A DNA stretch of 64,000 nt. Source: Camelus ferus. Lineage: Eukaryota. A program made the position numbers and the translations under genes. Position 1 is the first letter of the stretch, and the number at the start of each line of letters is the position of its first letter. Shown piece after piece: positions 1 through 13,600 of this stretch. Below the pieces are notes generated by a model that was not told the DNA's origin, did no database searches, and worked only from the letters and a program-made list of their open reading frames with translations. Where the stretch lies: positions 85,190,001 to 85,254,000 of the forward strand of contig NC_045697.1 of assembly GCF_009834535.1 (NCBI RefSeq), in the 5' to 3' direction.

Positions 1-435
1 ATCGAGCACTGAGGTGTACAGGCACCCACCCCTCCCTAGTCAGAGAGAACTGGCTCTCACCCACTGTCACATGAGGGAACGCAGAGATGCAGATGTAACA
101 GATGACAACCAACACAAGGAAGGAGACCACCGTGAGCCAGGAGCGCGCCACGCCAAAGCAAGGGGACCTCAGGACTAGGCTTGGTGCCTGGTTACACACT
201 TGGGACCCAGGGTTTTCCTGCTCCATCACTTTGCACACTTGTTACTATTTATTACTTAAAATAACCTTTCCTGGTGGACACAAGGCAGGGCCTGTGACCC
301 TGCAGTTTCTAGCACATAATGGGCATATTGCAAATAAATGTCCACTGAGTAGACACACTCTTGTCTTCTCAGACCTTCAGAGTATGAGCAGGAATTGCTG
401 ATTAAGCAAGAATTACACTTATTATGATTAACAGA

Positions 436-540
436 CTCCAAGCTCCACTGAGGGTAGGGACAATTTGTTGATTGTTATATTCTCAGTTCATAGCATGCTG
501 TAGTCATTTACTAAATGTTTGTTGAATAAATGAATGAATG
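436..540 (+). mobile_element. L2 LINE 3' end fragment
   Basis: aagctccactgagggtagggac...aaatgtttgttgaataaatgaatgaatg is a typical L2 tail. Confidence 0.7.
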
Positions 541-1528
541 CATTCATATACTGTATTTAGCTATATGTTTGCAGAGTTAATTTGGTAAATTAATATAGTT
601 TACTACTGATATAATTTAACTTCATTCATCCAAAAATTTTGATAACCCACTAAGCGCCAGGCATACAGATACAGAGGGAAAAGAGGTGTAAAATTCCTGT
701 CCACGTGAAAGTCGAGGTCTAAAAGGAGAAACACATAAACAAATTATACCAGTAAGTGCATTAAATTCAAAAACTGAGGTTTGTGTATTTTAAAGAGCTG
801 TGATCGGAAAGTATCCTAATCTGAAAGGAAGCTCTAAACAGGCAGTGACCCAACTGTCTGTCTATTCATGATCGTTATGTTTGAGTAGAGACCACACCCC
901 GACTGAGTTTGCCAGACCACCAGCCCCAAAGGCAAGAATTACACACCCAAGGCCCCCAGACAGGTGTTATTCGTGATTGTAATACTGATGATAACCCAGT
1001 TTTAGATTCTTTGGTCGTCACCTAACTTTCTAGAAGTATGGATGAGAAAACATTATGATGGCAGTAAGCCTAGTCACCTCAGCCGTCTTAGTGCCACACC
1101 GATTAGAAGGCCTATTTTTTTTAAAAGGAAGTTCTTAATTTAACTCACTTACACAAATTTCAGGGTTACATAAGCAAATTTGCCATCAGACTTTGGATCT
1201 ATGCTATGAATTAAATAGTACATAAGTATCAAGAGAGCCTTAAAGTTCACCTGTTTCTGGGTCTCTGAAATCTTTTTCAGAACAGTGTATGCCTTTCTGA
1301 ACAATCGTATTGTTTTTTAAACTGAATTTTAAGAATTCTGTTTTTCCAATTACAAAATACAGCTCCCATCGCTAAAGGATGACGTTGTGATTCCAACAGC
1401 TAACTTCTGTCTAGGAATGTGTGTTAAGTGCTCACTGTAACACTTTGTCCAGAAGTGTCAATGACTTTAAAATATAGAAGCATACGTCAAAATTAAATAC
1501 CTACTCAGCATTATGTGATATTTAGCCC

Positions 1529-2092
1529 CTGTTCCTGTATCTATTGCTGCATCATAAGCCACCTCAAAACTTTAGTGACTAAAAGAAGTTAGCATTTCTC
1601 ATGGTTTTATGGATTACTGGGGTGCGGTGGGGTGGGGGGAATTGACTGGGTTTATGGATTGGCTGTTACAGAGGCAATGTTCTCTCTTAAGAGTCTCTCT
1701 TGTAGCTGAAGTCAGTTGGCTGCAGCTGAAGTCACCTAAAGGCTCCCCTGGGCTAGGTGTCCAAAACAGCTTACTCACTTGGCTGGCAGTTCGTGTAGGC
1801 TGGCAGTGGGTGTGGGGCACCTCCCTGTGTCCTCTCCACATGACCTAGGGTCCTCGCAGCATGGTGGTTGGTTCCAAGAGACGCAGGCAGAACCTGCAAG
1901 GTTTCTTACTACCTAGTCTCTGAGGTCCCAGACTGTCCCCTCTGCTGCATTTTGTGGATCAAGCAAGTCATTGTGGCCAACCCAGATTCAAAGGAAAGGA
2001 TGTTGAGCTCTGCCTGCTGATGTAAAGAGCAGCTTGTGATTATGGGGAGGGAAGAAACTGAGGGCAACCATCTCGGAGGCGACCTTACCACA
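1529..2092 (-). mobile_element. MaLR LTR, MLT1 family (MLT1F/G/H-like)
   Basis: Plus strand starts tatctattgctgcatcataagccacctcaaaactttagtgactaaaa. The reverse complement of the right end reads TGTGGTAAGGTCGCCTCCGAGATGG, an MLT1-type start. Confidence 0.75.
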
Positions 2093-3369
2093 CCATTATT
2101 CCAACGAATGCACTTTATGTTTCAGGTGGACAGTACTAGTTTTTTTTTTTTTCTTCCAAAAATCAAGTTAGGTGCAAAAATACTCAATGAAAATATAAGC
2201 ACCAATCTAAAAAAACTGCAGAAAAATCACATTTGACACCTAGGTCCAGTTTAATCCCTTACATCAATGGAACTCTACTCTTAGAACCCTAAATATAGTG
2301 AAACAGAATTTAACTCCACTAAAGACGTTTGTCTGTTTTCCTATAGGGTAATTTACTGACACAGTAAATTCGTCTAGAGTATGAAATTCAATCTATTTAA
2401 AAATTTTATCTCTTACTTTCAAAGCCTAGGGAAATTCAGGGAACCACTCCTCACATTCTAGAATGCCTGGACCAAAAGTCCTAATTTTAGGAGTATCACC
2501 TGGTGTGCCTAAAAAATATTCCTTACCAAGAAACTGAAAACGTCCTTTGCTGGTGATTTTAGAGAGCTGACTAGCTCATGAGCATAGCTGCCCAGAGCAT
2601 AAGGAAAGAGGACACTCTGCTAAATGGGTTAATGACTATCAAAAAGACTTTTCACACAGGAAAAGGGGGAAAGAAAGGGAGAAAATGATGCTGTCAGTCC
2701 CCAAGAGAAAGTTATTTTTCAAATGGTCTGATTCTCTCTTTTACAGAGAAAAGGCAGCTTATTGTGATCAAATAAGAATGTTCAATTTCATGCAGGTATA
2801 TTTTCTGAGTCAAATAAAATACAATGGTATCTTAAAGCCACTTATCTTGAACAATTCATTTGCGAACCATATAAAATTCCCCCAAGAAATACGGGGGTTC
2901 TAGAAACAATAAAAAGATTTATTAATGCCAAACCCAAATTAAATATGTTTCAAATAATTGAAATGAACCACATCCTCTTGTCCTACTCACAAAAGCTGAT
3001 GAATTTAAGAAAAATTAAAAATTAAAAAAAATTCAGAGTTTTGTCTAAAATCATAATAAACTTGAAAACATTATTAAAAATTTAAAACTCTCTTCCTTTT
3101 ATCTAGATATGAAAACAAATAGCTGAGCATGCTCCCCCAGTACTTAGCCTACACAGGTGTGTGCCCAGCACCTCCCCCTCCCCCGCTCTTCTCCCTCTAA
3201 AGCCACTGCCTACTCTTCCTGCCTCTGAGGAACATCACTGTCCCGCAAGGTGCCCAGCTTGGCATCTCAGGCTCAGCTGTGCTTCCTCCCTACTCTTCGC
3301 CACCCACATGCACTACCTGTACAAACCTCGTCAAGACTATTTCAGAAGTATCTCATACACGTTCCTTAC

Positions 3370-3506
3370 TTTTTTTTTTTAATTTTTTTTGAGGGGAGGT
3401 AATTAGGGTTACTTATTTATTTATTTTTAGAGCAGGTACTGAGTATTGAACGCAGGACCTCATGCATGCTAAGCACACGCTCCACAACTGAGCTATGTCT
3501 TTCCCC
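3370..3506 (-). mobile_element. tRNA-derived SINE, camelid Vic-1-like
   Basis: Minus strand reads GGGGAAAGACATAGCTCAGTTGTGGAGCGTGTGCTTAGCATGCATGAGGTCCTGCGTTCAATACTCAGTACC...CCTAATTACCTCCCC plus poly(A). It has A/B-box remnants and a degenerate TSD (cacgttccttacttt / catgctccctacttt). Confidence 0.85.
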
Positions 3507-5559
3507 ATCATGCTCCCTACTTTCAAACCCCATGGCTGCCTGGTGTGGGTGCTGTGTCTAGTTCAGCTGGGCCCAGAATGCTTGCCTCAGGGCCTCCCTG
3601 CCTCCAGCCCTGCCACTTTCAGTTCTGCCTAGAGGACGACCTCAGGGCAACCCTTCCGGAAAGAGAGCTGAGAACGTCAGCTCCCTACTCAAAATACAGC
3701 ACACAAAACAACTCTTCAGCCCTAGCCTGTCTCAGCTGTAGTCAGACTTCAACATGCACCCTTGGACTCGTTCCCAGTGGACAGGGCATCCTAACTGGAT
3801 CTGTAAGGACCTTTCTCACTCTGCTCATGTGGTCACACCTGCTGGGCATACTCCCCTCCATAGTCCTCAGAGCTCGGCTCAGACACCACCCTCTCTCTCT
3901 AGCATTTCCTGCGACCCACTCGCCCACCGCCTACCTGATTCAACAGACTTCCTTCTGCATCTCTCTCCTATGATTTTTATGCATGCCTCATAATGTGTTC
4001 ATGAGGATTCCAAGCTGATTCTCATCCTTAAGAGACCACCTACTGTTCCTAACCAAGGCGAACAGAAATCCTATAGCATACTCCTGTAGCCGTGGGAATC
4101 CTTCTCGCCTCTTCCCCTTTGCATCCACTTCTCACTCCTCCAACAACCTCTTCACCCATAATAAATTCACCTTTTTTCTTTTGCCTTCAACATCAAGCTT
4201 ACATTGCTGCCACGTGATTCAGCAGCTGGACGCTCTGGTCAGGCTGTTTGGCATAGTTTTCAAGCTGCTACGTCGGATTACACCCCAAAGCGCCCAGGTC
4301 AATCCAGCAGCGCCGGATGCCTGGGGACTCCGAGACACCCGCTCCGGTCTGGGCTTGGAGACCCAGCGTCTCACCGCATGGTGTCTGAAGAAAATGCAAA
4401 GTGCACACATTTGTAAACTCACCAAAAATCTGACCGCCTGAAGATCAGGGATAGACGGCTTCATGAAAGAAAATTAACAAAATATAGAATGACATAGTTT
4501 TAATCACTGGCAATTAATTCCATTTTAATATTTTTAATAACTAATCTGGCTGTTCCTACACACCAGGCTGGAGACACAGCTGTGATCTTAGAACGCTGAG
4601 ACCTGTGCAGGCTAATTGGGTGTTTTAACTAGTGTTCAAAAGGCCGGGTTTCTGAAATAACTTTCTAATTGGTCCAGGTGTTTTCCATGTTGAAAATTAA
4701 AAGTGACTTAATAAGACATGAGCTTTCTGCAGTACTTGGTTACAAAATACAATTTCTTTTGAACCTAATGTTTACAAAATGGGAATTATCAGCATGTACA
4801 GTAACACTGACAGTGAGTGTTTTGGCTCAATGTGTCTAAGACAACACAAACCTAAGGCCCATAGTTTCCAGATGATCTATAAGTATAATGTACTAAAATG
4901 GACTTGAGATCTTACATGTAAGAATTAAGCAACTGGCATTTATACCTCAGACACAGTTCAGGGTGGCCAAGAAGGCCTTTTAAACAAAACACAACAGAGA
5001 TGGGGGCCCTGGCATTGTGCCTGGGGCATTTCCAACTCTAAAAGTCCTGGGAAAATTAATATTATCACTGACACTGTTCTTTAAGTCTTGGTTGAAGCCA
5101 CCGTGTCCAGTGTCCCCCACTCAAAAAAGATCCTACTCCCTCCCAAAAGGTGTTTCCTAAGTCACCCAAGTAAAGAAAAAAGCACATGAAGGAGAGAAGG
5201 TGGAAGACCTCTTCTGCGGCAAAGGCATGCGGGGTCTGCTAGAACCTGATGATGGAGCAGGCTTTCTGTGGATCCTCTGGCCCTCCAGGCCGCCCACAAA
5301 GCACATGCAGACAGCAGAGCACCATGGAAGGAGACTAAAACTACGGTGAGCAGAGCAACAAGGAGACCCAGAGCCAGCATCACGACTGACTAGACCAGCT
5401 CAGCCTTTCCTGTGAAGGGCCTGGTAAGAGAAGAGGCGTGCCTACTTCAGGTGTAAATAGTATTCACCTCAGTCTCTACTGTTCCTTCACACGTCATAAT
5501 AATTCAAGCAGAATTTTGTGTGACACACAAAAAGCAAACCCTCTCCAACCCATTATCAG

Positions 5560-6130
5560 AGAGAGCAGAGAACACAGCAAGATTGAAAGATGGCCCAGAT
5601 GGTGGAACTACCTGAGAATTTAAATAACTGTAATTAATACTGTCAAAGAACCCAGTGAAAAGGTGGACAATGTGCATGAACAAATGGGCGTTTGCAATAG
5701 AGACATGTAAACTATTGTTAAAAAGCCAAATGGAAATATTATTAAAAAAATGATATCAAAGATAAAATCCTTCAATGTGCAGACTGAGCACAATAGAAAA
5801 AGAATCAGTGAAACTGAAAACATGCCAATAGAAATTAGAAACCAAAAACGCAAAGATACAGAGACAAACAAAAACAGAATAGAACTACCAAGAGCTACGG
5901 AACAATGTCAAACATTTTACCATATGTACTTGGCATCTCATTAGAAAAAGAGAAAGAAAGGGACCAAAGAAATATTTGGGGGGAAAAGCTGAGATTTTTC
6001 CAAAATTTAACTAATAATAACAAACCACAGATATAAATAGTAAGAGTAAAGAAAAACATATCTAGTGCATTATAGTCCCAAGTGGTGAAAACCAAAAGTA
6101 AACAGGATATATTGTAGGAAATGAATAAAT
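5560..6130 (+). mobile_element. Old L1 (L1M-type) ORF1-region remnant
   Basis: A-rich; motifs agatggcccagatggtggaactac, gaaaaggtggacaatgtgcatgaacaaatggg and aaagaatcagtgaaactgaa resemble degenerate L1 ORF1. Confidence 0.65.
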
Positions 6131-7134
6131 TACCTGTCCTGGCCTCTCCACAAAAGACCAATGGCTGTTTAGCCTTTTAGCAAAATTTGGATTTTAGCAA
6201 AATTATCTCCCACATTTGGGGCCCTTACTGGATCCCATGAACAATACTCTGAGTAAAAGACTTTGTGTTCCTTCCCTAAGGCATCTGTGCAGGTCCACAG
6301 GATGCAGATCGCGGGGCACTGACGTGGCATGGTATTTTGTGTTGTCTCACCAAAACTTCTTAACGATGGAGCCTTCTGAATGATACAGTTGTTGTTGTAA
6401 TGGAATTAAACGTTTTGGAAATAGGACCCAAAAAATGTCTGGAGTTAGAGCTATCTAAATACTAAATGTAATGTGAATACAAGATTGAAACTGAAAAGGG
6501 TTATGGTTCAAACAAAATGGTATCTTTTGAACGGAGTTGTATAAAACCCAAATAATAGTGGGAAAATGTGAGCTTGCACAGATCGTTCCCCTGGAACATG
6601 TTTTAAAAAGTCTCTTTTGGTTCTTGATATTAACTTGATTGCATTAGCTAATGATCCTAATTAGCTTTTGAAAAGTTGCAGTGAGATGCAAAGAATATCT
6701 GTATCTACCCAATGCTTAGGAAACAGGATTTTAAAATGAAGCAAGTCTGTGATAAACTATCAATGAGGCACGGGAAAGAAAAATTAAAGCATTGGAAGCA
6801 AAACCTAAAGGCTTGTAACTATTCCTTTTCTGGCACTCTCTACTAATTGTACTGAATTCTGTCTAAAATCCTGGGGCTTCCAGTTGAGGCCCTCACCGTG
6901 TTCCCCTTGGTCAAAGGCTGGGATTTGTTCTCTTTTTGTGAAGTTAGTACCTGAGAGCTGCACCTGGACACCCTGAGGCAGTTTCAAGGCCCAAATATTC
7001 AAGTGAATACAAGACTATTAAATTTGGGTTCCTTACTGCAGTTTGTTTAGTTTGAAAATAAACAGGAAAGTGTATCAGAGTCAGTGGAATGAGAAAATAT
7101 TTAACTGAATAAAAGGCATGTAATGTGTGTGCAG

Positions 7135-7392
7135 GAGGTAAGGGGGTGGTCTCTGAAGCCAGCCTACCTGCGTTCCAATCTCAGCTCTGCTACTCACTTG
7201 CTTGTGCCTCGATTTCTCATTTTTCAAAAAGAGATGACAATAATACCTACCTCGTAGGGGCTTACATGCATTGTTAAATGCACCGGCGAACTGCTGTGAG
7301 GCTTACGTGAATGAATACGTGTGAATGTCTAGAACATCGTACCTGGCATGTGATTAGTGGTCTTCGTATTTATGTTAATTATTACTATTACT
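7135..7392 (+). mobile_element. MIR SINE
   Basis: ctctgaagccagcctacctgcgttccaatctcagctctgctactcact...aataatacctacctcgtaggg is the MIR core. Confidence 0.8.
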
Positions 7393-8988
7393 CTCATTAA
7401 TAAAGTTTATATTAAAACAAAGTAAAAAAGCAAATTAGTTGAATTCGACATATTACCCATTCTTGAGAAAACTCAAAAGGTATTTTTTTCCCTGTGGCAA
7501 TTTAAAGATCCTCTTCTGTAGTACAATCATATGAGACAATAGAATGTGCACCCATAGTGCCCAGGTTTTGGTCAACGTTCTTAATTTTGATAAGAGGAAC
7601 CAGGGCCTATAGGTTGACATCTTTAAAATACATTATTGGCACCACTGTGACAACTGCACACACACAAGATAACCTACACTACACCGAAACTAACTTAAAC
7701 CTCTTTAATAATGCTCATTGTGAAATGAGTATTTTGAGTATGCACATTTATGTCATATTATGAGTAGTAATATTTGTCTAATCCTTTACTGTCTCTGAAG
7801 ACATTTTATATTTAGCAATTACTCCAGCTCCTAATATCAATATAATGTGAATATTATATTTTGAATTAGAATGAGAAACCCAGTGTGGATCTGCTCTAAT
7901 GAGCACAGAAGTTGCCCCTCTCCTCCTCCACAAAGACAAGACGAGCATTTTAACAGGACCTCAGAGGGTCCCTTTTATTGCTTACAGAACTGAAGTGGAA
8001 AGCTAGAATATTATTATACTGGAAAGGATATTATGATTTTGTGTTTTCTCTAAAGTTTTGTTTTACAGCTAAGGTAAAAAGTGAAATCCAGGAGAAGCCT
8101 AAATTAGAATTGCTCTTAAGGGGGTTAGGCATGTCTCTTAAAATTTGAAAAAATATGGCATTTATACACAGACCACAAGCACTTTCAAAAGGCCGAACTG
8201 AGAAGGAATTGTGTGAAAGGCAGAGCAGTGAAAAGATGGATAGAACAAAATCAAGAAGAAATATTTTAAAACAACACCCAATTTCCAAGTGGAAAGTTCA
8301 CATAAAGTATCTAATTGTGTCTTAAACTGAATAGTGAGCTAAGAAATGTCACTGGATGGAGGGGGAGCTGCTCACATTTTTTATAGCATGCAGGGAAGAT
8401 GCTTGAGCCTGAAAAAGCCACATATAACACAGTGACAATAGTCCAGTGAGAGGTGCCGACAGCAGAGGCACACAGGGCATCCTCAGAAAGAGAACGAAAG
8501 ACAGCACCGCGCATGCCCTGTGGAGCATTGAGCCGCCCTTCCTTGTTTTCCCCCTCTCCCGATAACTTACATTATTTTCAACATCTTTTTTTGCAAATAT
8601 ACTTGCTAGCATGCATTAATTAGTGGTCACACGCTGACAGGCACACCTCTGCTCAAGAAATGCTGGCATTTGCAATACTGGCAAATGCTCTGCCAGACGG
8701 CATCCTTCTCTTTTTTATCATTAAAATGTTTCATTCGCTTTACTTGGCAGTTTGTCGTTGATCACTCCTATTACTCCTAAAAAGTGGTTCACATTTCAAA
8801 GAATCGGGATGCTTGGGGAGTTTGGATTTTTGTTTCTTTCATCGCTGTCTTTAAAAAAAAAAGTTATCCCCAAACCTCCATCATAAATATGAACATATAA
8901 TTTTGGACACACCACCTTTATTTTCTCAGGTAAGTATTTTTTAAATAGGTACAGTTTTTATAATTAACACTAAAGAGGTAGAGTATCA

Positions 8989-9105
<117 letters not shown>

Positions 9106-9216
9106 TCAGAGAAATTGCAGTAGCAAAGCAAGCCCTGTGCCACCCCTCCTCCTGCACTCAGAGCCTGGGTTCCGACCACAAACGCTCCGCGCATAGGAAG
9201 AGGCTCCAGGCGCCGC

Positions 9217-9262
9217 AGGGCTGACCCCCAGGAGGGCTGACCCCCAGGAGGGCTGACCCCCA
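9217..9262. repeat. 16-bp tandem repeat (agggctgacccccagg) x ~2.9
   Basis: Read directly: units at 9217, 9233 and 9249. Confidence 0.95.
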
Positions 9263-9529
9263 AGGGCAGCTTAGGGCAGGGGAGGTCCACTCTCCCTGCT
9301 GAGGAGGGGGTCTGAGCCTGGAGCACTTTCAGATCAGAAACATACAACATCCGTCAGCAGCAGGCTTGCTCCATTTTCTTTTTCATATTCGAGCCCAAAT
9401 GAAATCTCCTAATCTTAAGAATTTGCTAATAAGATTTTATAACAGTCCATTTGCTCTGTCACTGTTCGGCACACTATAGGGATCTTTGTTTCATTGATAC
9501 TTTGCTTTTTAAAAAAAGAGTTAAATTAA

Positions 9530-9672
9530 TATGTAATAACATATAATGGAAAAGAACCTGAAAACAAAAAAATATGCATGTGTATGTATAACTGAAGCAC
9601 TTTTCTGTACACTTGAAACTAACATTGTAAATCAGCTACACTTCAATACAAATTTTTTAAAAAATAAAAAAG
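9530..9672 (+). mobile_element. Short 5'-truncated L1 3' tail
   Basis: gtaataacatataatggaaaagaa...tataactgaagcacttttctgtacacttgaaactaacattgtaaatcagctacacttcaat plus an A-rich tail; similar to the 3' end of the L1 at 51240-51360. Confidence 0.8.
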
Positions 9673-12100
9673 ATTTCACAGTCTTTCTCGGTTAAGGTGA
9701 TGAGTTTTAAAAGAAATTCATAAAATTAGTATATGTTAAACAGAACCACTGGTAGTTAAACTAAATAATAATTGATCCATACTTTCTGTTATAACCAAGG
9801 AGAGGTTATATCTAGAGGTGATTATTTAGAAAACAGACAAACCATTTTTTTAAATAAGCAAGCATACGCATACACGTCACATTTTTTTTTTAAAATTCTA
9901 TGGTAGAATGACAAAAATATGACAAAAATTTAATCTCTAGGAGGAATGTGTAGCTGCCCACGGGTCAAAGCCTAATTATTCAGAATGGACAGTAACTCAT
10001 AACCACTCACTTATTGACTCTTTCACGGAACAATGTACTTACATGACAGGATGCTAGACTCCAACTACAATCAAAGATCAACACAAAATATATGAGCCTT
10101 CAGTAGGTGTAAAACTTCTGTCTTCCCTGCCCCTGGAGACAGGCCTTCTGACAAGTTGTGTGCTCATCCCCTCCTCTCTCACGTCCCATTTGGTTCTCAC
10201 TCTCCTTCAATCAAGTATCATGCTCATTATTCCAGTGAACTCCCCATCAGGTCCACAATGAGCTCCTTGTGGCTCCATCCAACGGCCACTTTCCATCACG
10301 GCCTCTCTGACCTCTCCCCACTTGCTTCACAAAATGGACAGCTACATTCCTGGGTCCGGTGGCCTCGAGGCACAAGGGGCCTTGCTCTGTTCTATGAACA
10401 TTATGTTTTCACCAGTAACATCACGTGGAAGCAGCTGGAGCCCAGCCCCCAGCACAGAGGCACTGTCCCAGCCTCTCCCTGAGGAACTCTCCCTTTGGGC
10501 ACTGTAAAATGGTGACAACCATCCAAAATGGAAAAAAACAGAAACAAAAACCTAAAAATAACAATGGCAGCACAAACAGGAACTGAACTCTTTAATGAAC
10601 TAGTCAGACTGGCCAACTTCTTCCCTGAGACAAAAATCAGCCTCTGTATTAAGTACATCGACCTGGAATTCTTGACCTTATTATACCGTGAACCTGGGAA
10701 GGTGTGACTTTTCATTCACACACAAAAAAATAAAGACTTAAGAGTCCAATTTATTTGGACAACTAAGAAAATATAATCTTATTTTAACTCTAAATTGATA
10801 GAATGAAGTTATCTTCATTCCAGATCTCTCTGTTGAGCAGTCTGGGGATACCCACCTGTCTACCAGGTACCTTCATTTGGGTATCTCATGAACAACTCAA
10901 ATTCGGCATTCATGAGCTTTATCCTCTGATCCTGTGTGTCCTGTATGTCCTGTCCTGATTGGCTACACCACATTCATCCCGTTACCAAATAAGAAACTTA
11001 GAGGGCCATTCAAGGTACCCCTTTTTCACTCACGTCTCCCTATATCTAATCTAAGTCATATTAATGTCACTTCTCTGATATTTCTAGAATTTTATTCCCT
11101 GAGGGTGATGACAAGAATGAAAATAACATTCACAGCAGCAGTGCTAGTAGTAAGAGCAGCAGCAGCAGCAGGCGTCGTACCAGGAAGTACCATACGTTCG
11201 TAACCATTTAACCTTTAGCCATGCACACACAAAGCAAAACGCCTGGGAGAAAACAGCAAAATGTAAATGCTAGTGGCGGTGACTCCTGCATCACAGAAGC
11301 CCAGATCATCTTTTATTTTCTTCTTCATAGAGTACGAAAAGCAAAGTAATTTTTTTAGACTTTCAAAATAAGTTTGTTTTACACTGTTGATAAAGAAGTA
11401 TGTTAAAATAGTTCCTTCTTATTTATCTATTAAAATCAAATCAGTCTAGCTTACAGCTAAAGTATGATAAAGAGTAAAGTGGTTGATACTTACAAAAAGT
11501 TGTTTCAGAACTTTTTAGCCATCCTAAAATAATTTAATATTCACAGCTATTCTCATTGTATCACACAGCTTCATGTGTGGTATTGCTCTCCAGACAGCAA
11601 TAGAAGAGCCAGCAAAAAAAGACAATCAAAGACTTATAGTCATCAGATAAGTTATATGTTAATCAAGCCTAACATAATATACCAGGTTGTTATTCTCTTT
11701 CGTGATAGCCAAAACTGATTAAGCAAAGAAAGAGATATAGTTATGAATACTAAGAAATTTTACAGAATGCAGCATAATAAATTCATTCCCTAATTTCCCT
11801 GGTGTCATAATATAGAAATTTCCACCACAGACCTGAGCTTTTTCTCCTCTTTTGGAATCTGATTGTCCTGAGTTTGAATACTGCTCATCCTCTTCTAGTT
11901 GCAAATTCTGGGAAGTTATGCAACCTCACTGAACCTCTGAAAAACGGGATAAATTGTACCTATCTCTGAGGTACCCTGGCCATATATATCAGGCTTGTTT
12001 AAGGCCGTCTCTAGGTCAGTTACCATGGAACAATGATTAACAGCACTCCCTTTCACTTACACAAGTGACCCGATTGGGACAATGCAAATAACTGGTCACC

Positions 12101-12510
12101 TATTATGGACAGCACTGTGACTTCACCCCAAAATCATACGTTGAAGTCCTAACCCCAGCACCTCGGAATATGACCTGATTTGGAAGTCAGGCTGTTGTAA
12201 ATGTTAGTAGAGTAGTGTGGGTCCCTAATCTTACATGACTGGTGTCCTTATAAGAAGATGGCTGTGTAGAGACAGAGCCGGGACAATGCCATGTGAAGAG
12301 TGGAGTTACACTGCCACAGGCAAGCAACTGCCAGAAGCCAGAAGAAGAGCCTGGAAAAAGCCTTCCCTGGTGCCTTCAAAGGGAGTGTTGTCCTGCCAAC
12401 ACCTTGATCTCAGATGTCTAGCCTCCCGAACAGCCAGACAATAATTTTCTCTTGTTTACACTACTCAGCCTGTGGTTCTTTGTTTCAGCAGTCCTAGCAA
12501 GCTAACTCAA
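12101..12510 (+). mobile_element. MaLR LTR, MLT1A/B-like
   Basis: ccccaaaatcatacgttgaagtcctaacccc...atgactggtgtccttataagaaga...caccttgatctcagatgtctagcctcc...gcagtcctagcaagctaactca. Confidence 0.85.
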
Positions 12511-13379
12511 TCACCCTGCTCATAATGGTGGCCATTGTTATCATCACTGATGTCTGCCCGCTGTCCGGGAGGCCTCTGCAGACTGCTCAGAAGAGAAACT
12601 GGTACCTCGAGGTGATAGGTGTTTCCACCCCATTGCCATCCCAACGCTAAGATCCAGCGATACTGAGTTGATAGGCTTGGGAAACTTAGGTAAGTTCAAC
12701 TCCACTCATTCATTTACTATTCAGAATAGAATACCCATTTTAAAGGATGTCACTGGGTAAACAGCTCTGATAAACAAAATTTATTTGAAAACTAGTGTGC
12801 GGTTTGTAAATCAACCACGACTACATTAAACTACCTCTCGACCCTTCTGGCTGCAGCATGATTAGGGCAATCCTACCTTTCTTAGACTATGAGGACAACA
12901 CTATCTGCTGTCCCACACAATCTGAAGCTGAAGGTTACCTGTACAAGTCAACATGCTGATAAATATTAAAGTCATTTTCATTTGCCTAATTTGCATATTA
13001 AAGACAAGCTGTTATGCTTAGAGTTTTTTCTACATTATGGATGTGATATTTTCCCTCATTATTGCAAATTATTGTGATGAGTATGTTTCCAAGAAATATT
13101 TCTGTCTACACATAAAATTTTCCTGGTATGAACAGGAATTATCCTTTAATTTGAGTCAACTCAAAGAATACAGATCTTTCTTACTTGAACACGGCCATTA
13201 CATAGGTCTTGATATAAAATAGGATGCAAATCCAAATAACTATTATTTTTAAGTATCTCTGATAGATTTAGATACTATATTTTGCATAGGCTAATAGCAA
13301 TGTTCAAATTCTAACATGAAAATTAGTTAATCTGAAAATTAGCTGAAAAATAGAGCTAAAAACCCACCTAAATGGAAGT

Positions 13380-13600
13380 AACAATAGCAACAGCTGAAAC
13401 ATACAGGCCCATGAACAGCAGGCTCTGTTCTACTGTTCAGAACACTTAAGGTGTATTAGTAATTTTACTTCTCGTAACAACGTTATAATCTAGGAATTTA
13501 TACCTCTAGTTTACAAATAAGGAAAGTATGGCCCGGAAAAGATAAGTAATTTGCTCAAGATGGCACAGCTATTAAATGGCAGAATCAGAATTTTAACCCT
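13380..13600 (-). mobile_element. MIR SINE
   Basis: tttacaaataaggaaagtatggccc...aagtaatttgctcaagatggcacagct is the reverse MIR core. Confidence 0.7.

Noticed and set aside
3430..3506. tRNA gene
   Set aside because: It has a SINE tail, poly(A) and TSD, with degenerate stems and boxes.
3545..3973. 142-aa plus-strand ORF
   Set aside because: GTG start in a C-rich low-complexity or old-repeat region; no recognisable homology.
8663..8696. Small hairpin ctggcatttgc-aatactg-gcaaatgctctgccag
   Set aside because: An 8-11 bp stem is too short for a pre-miRNA and could occur by chance in 64 kb.
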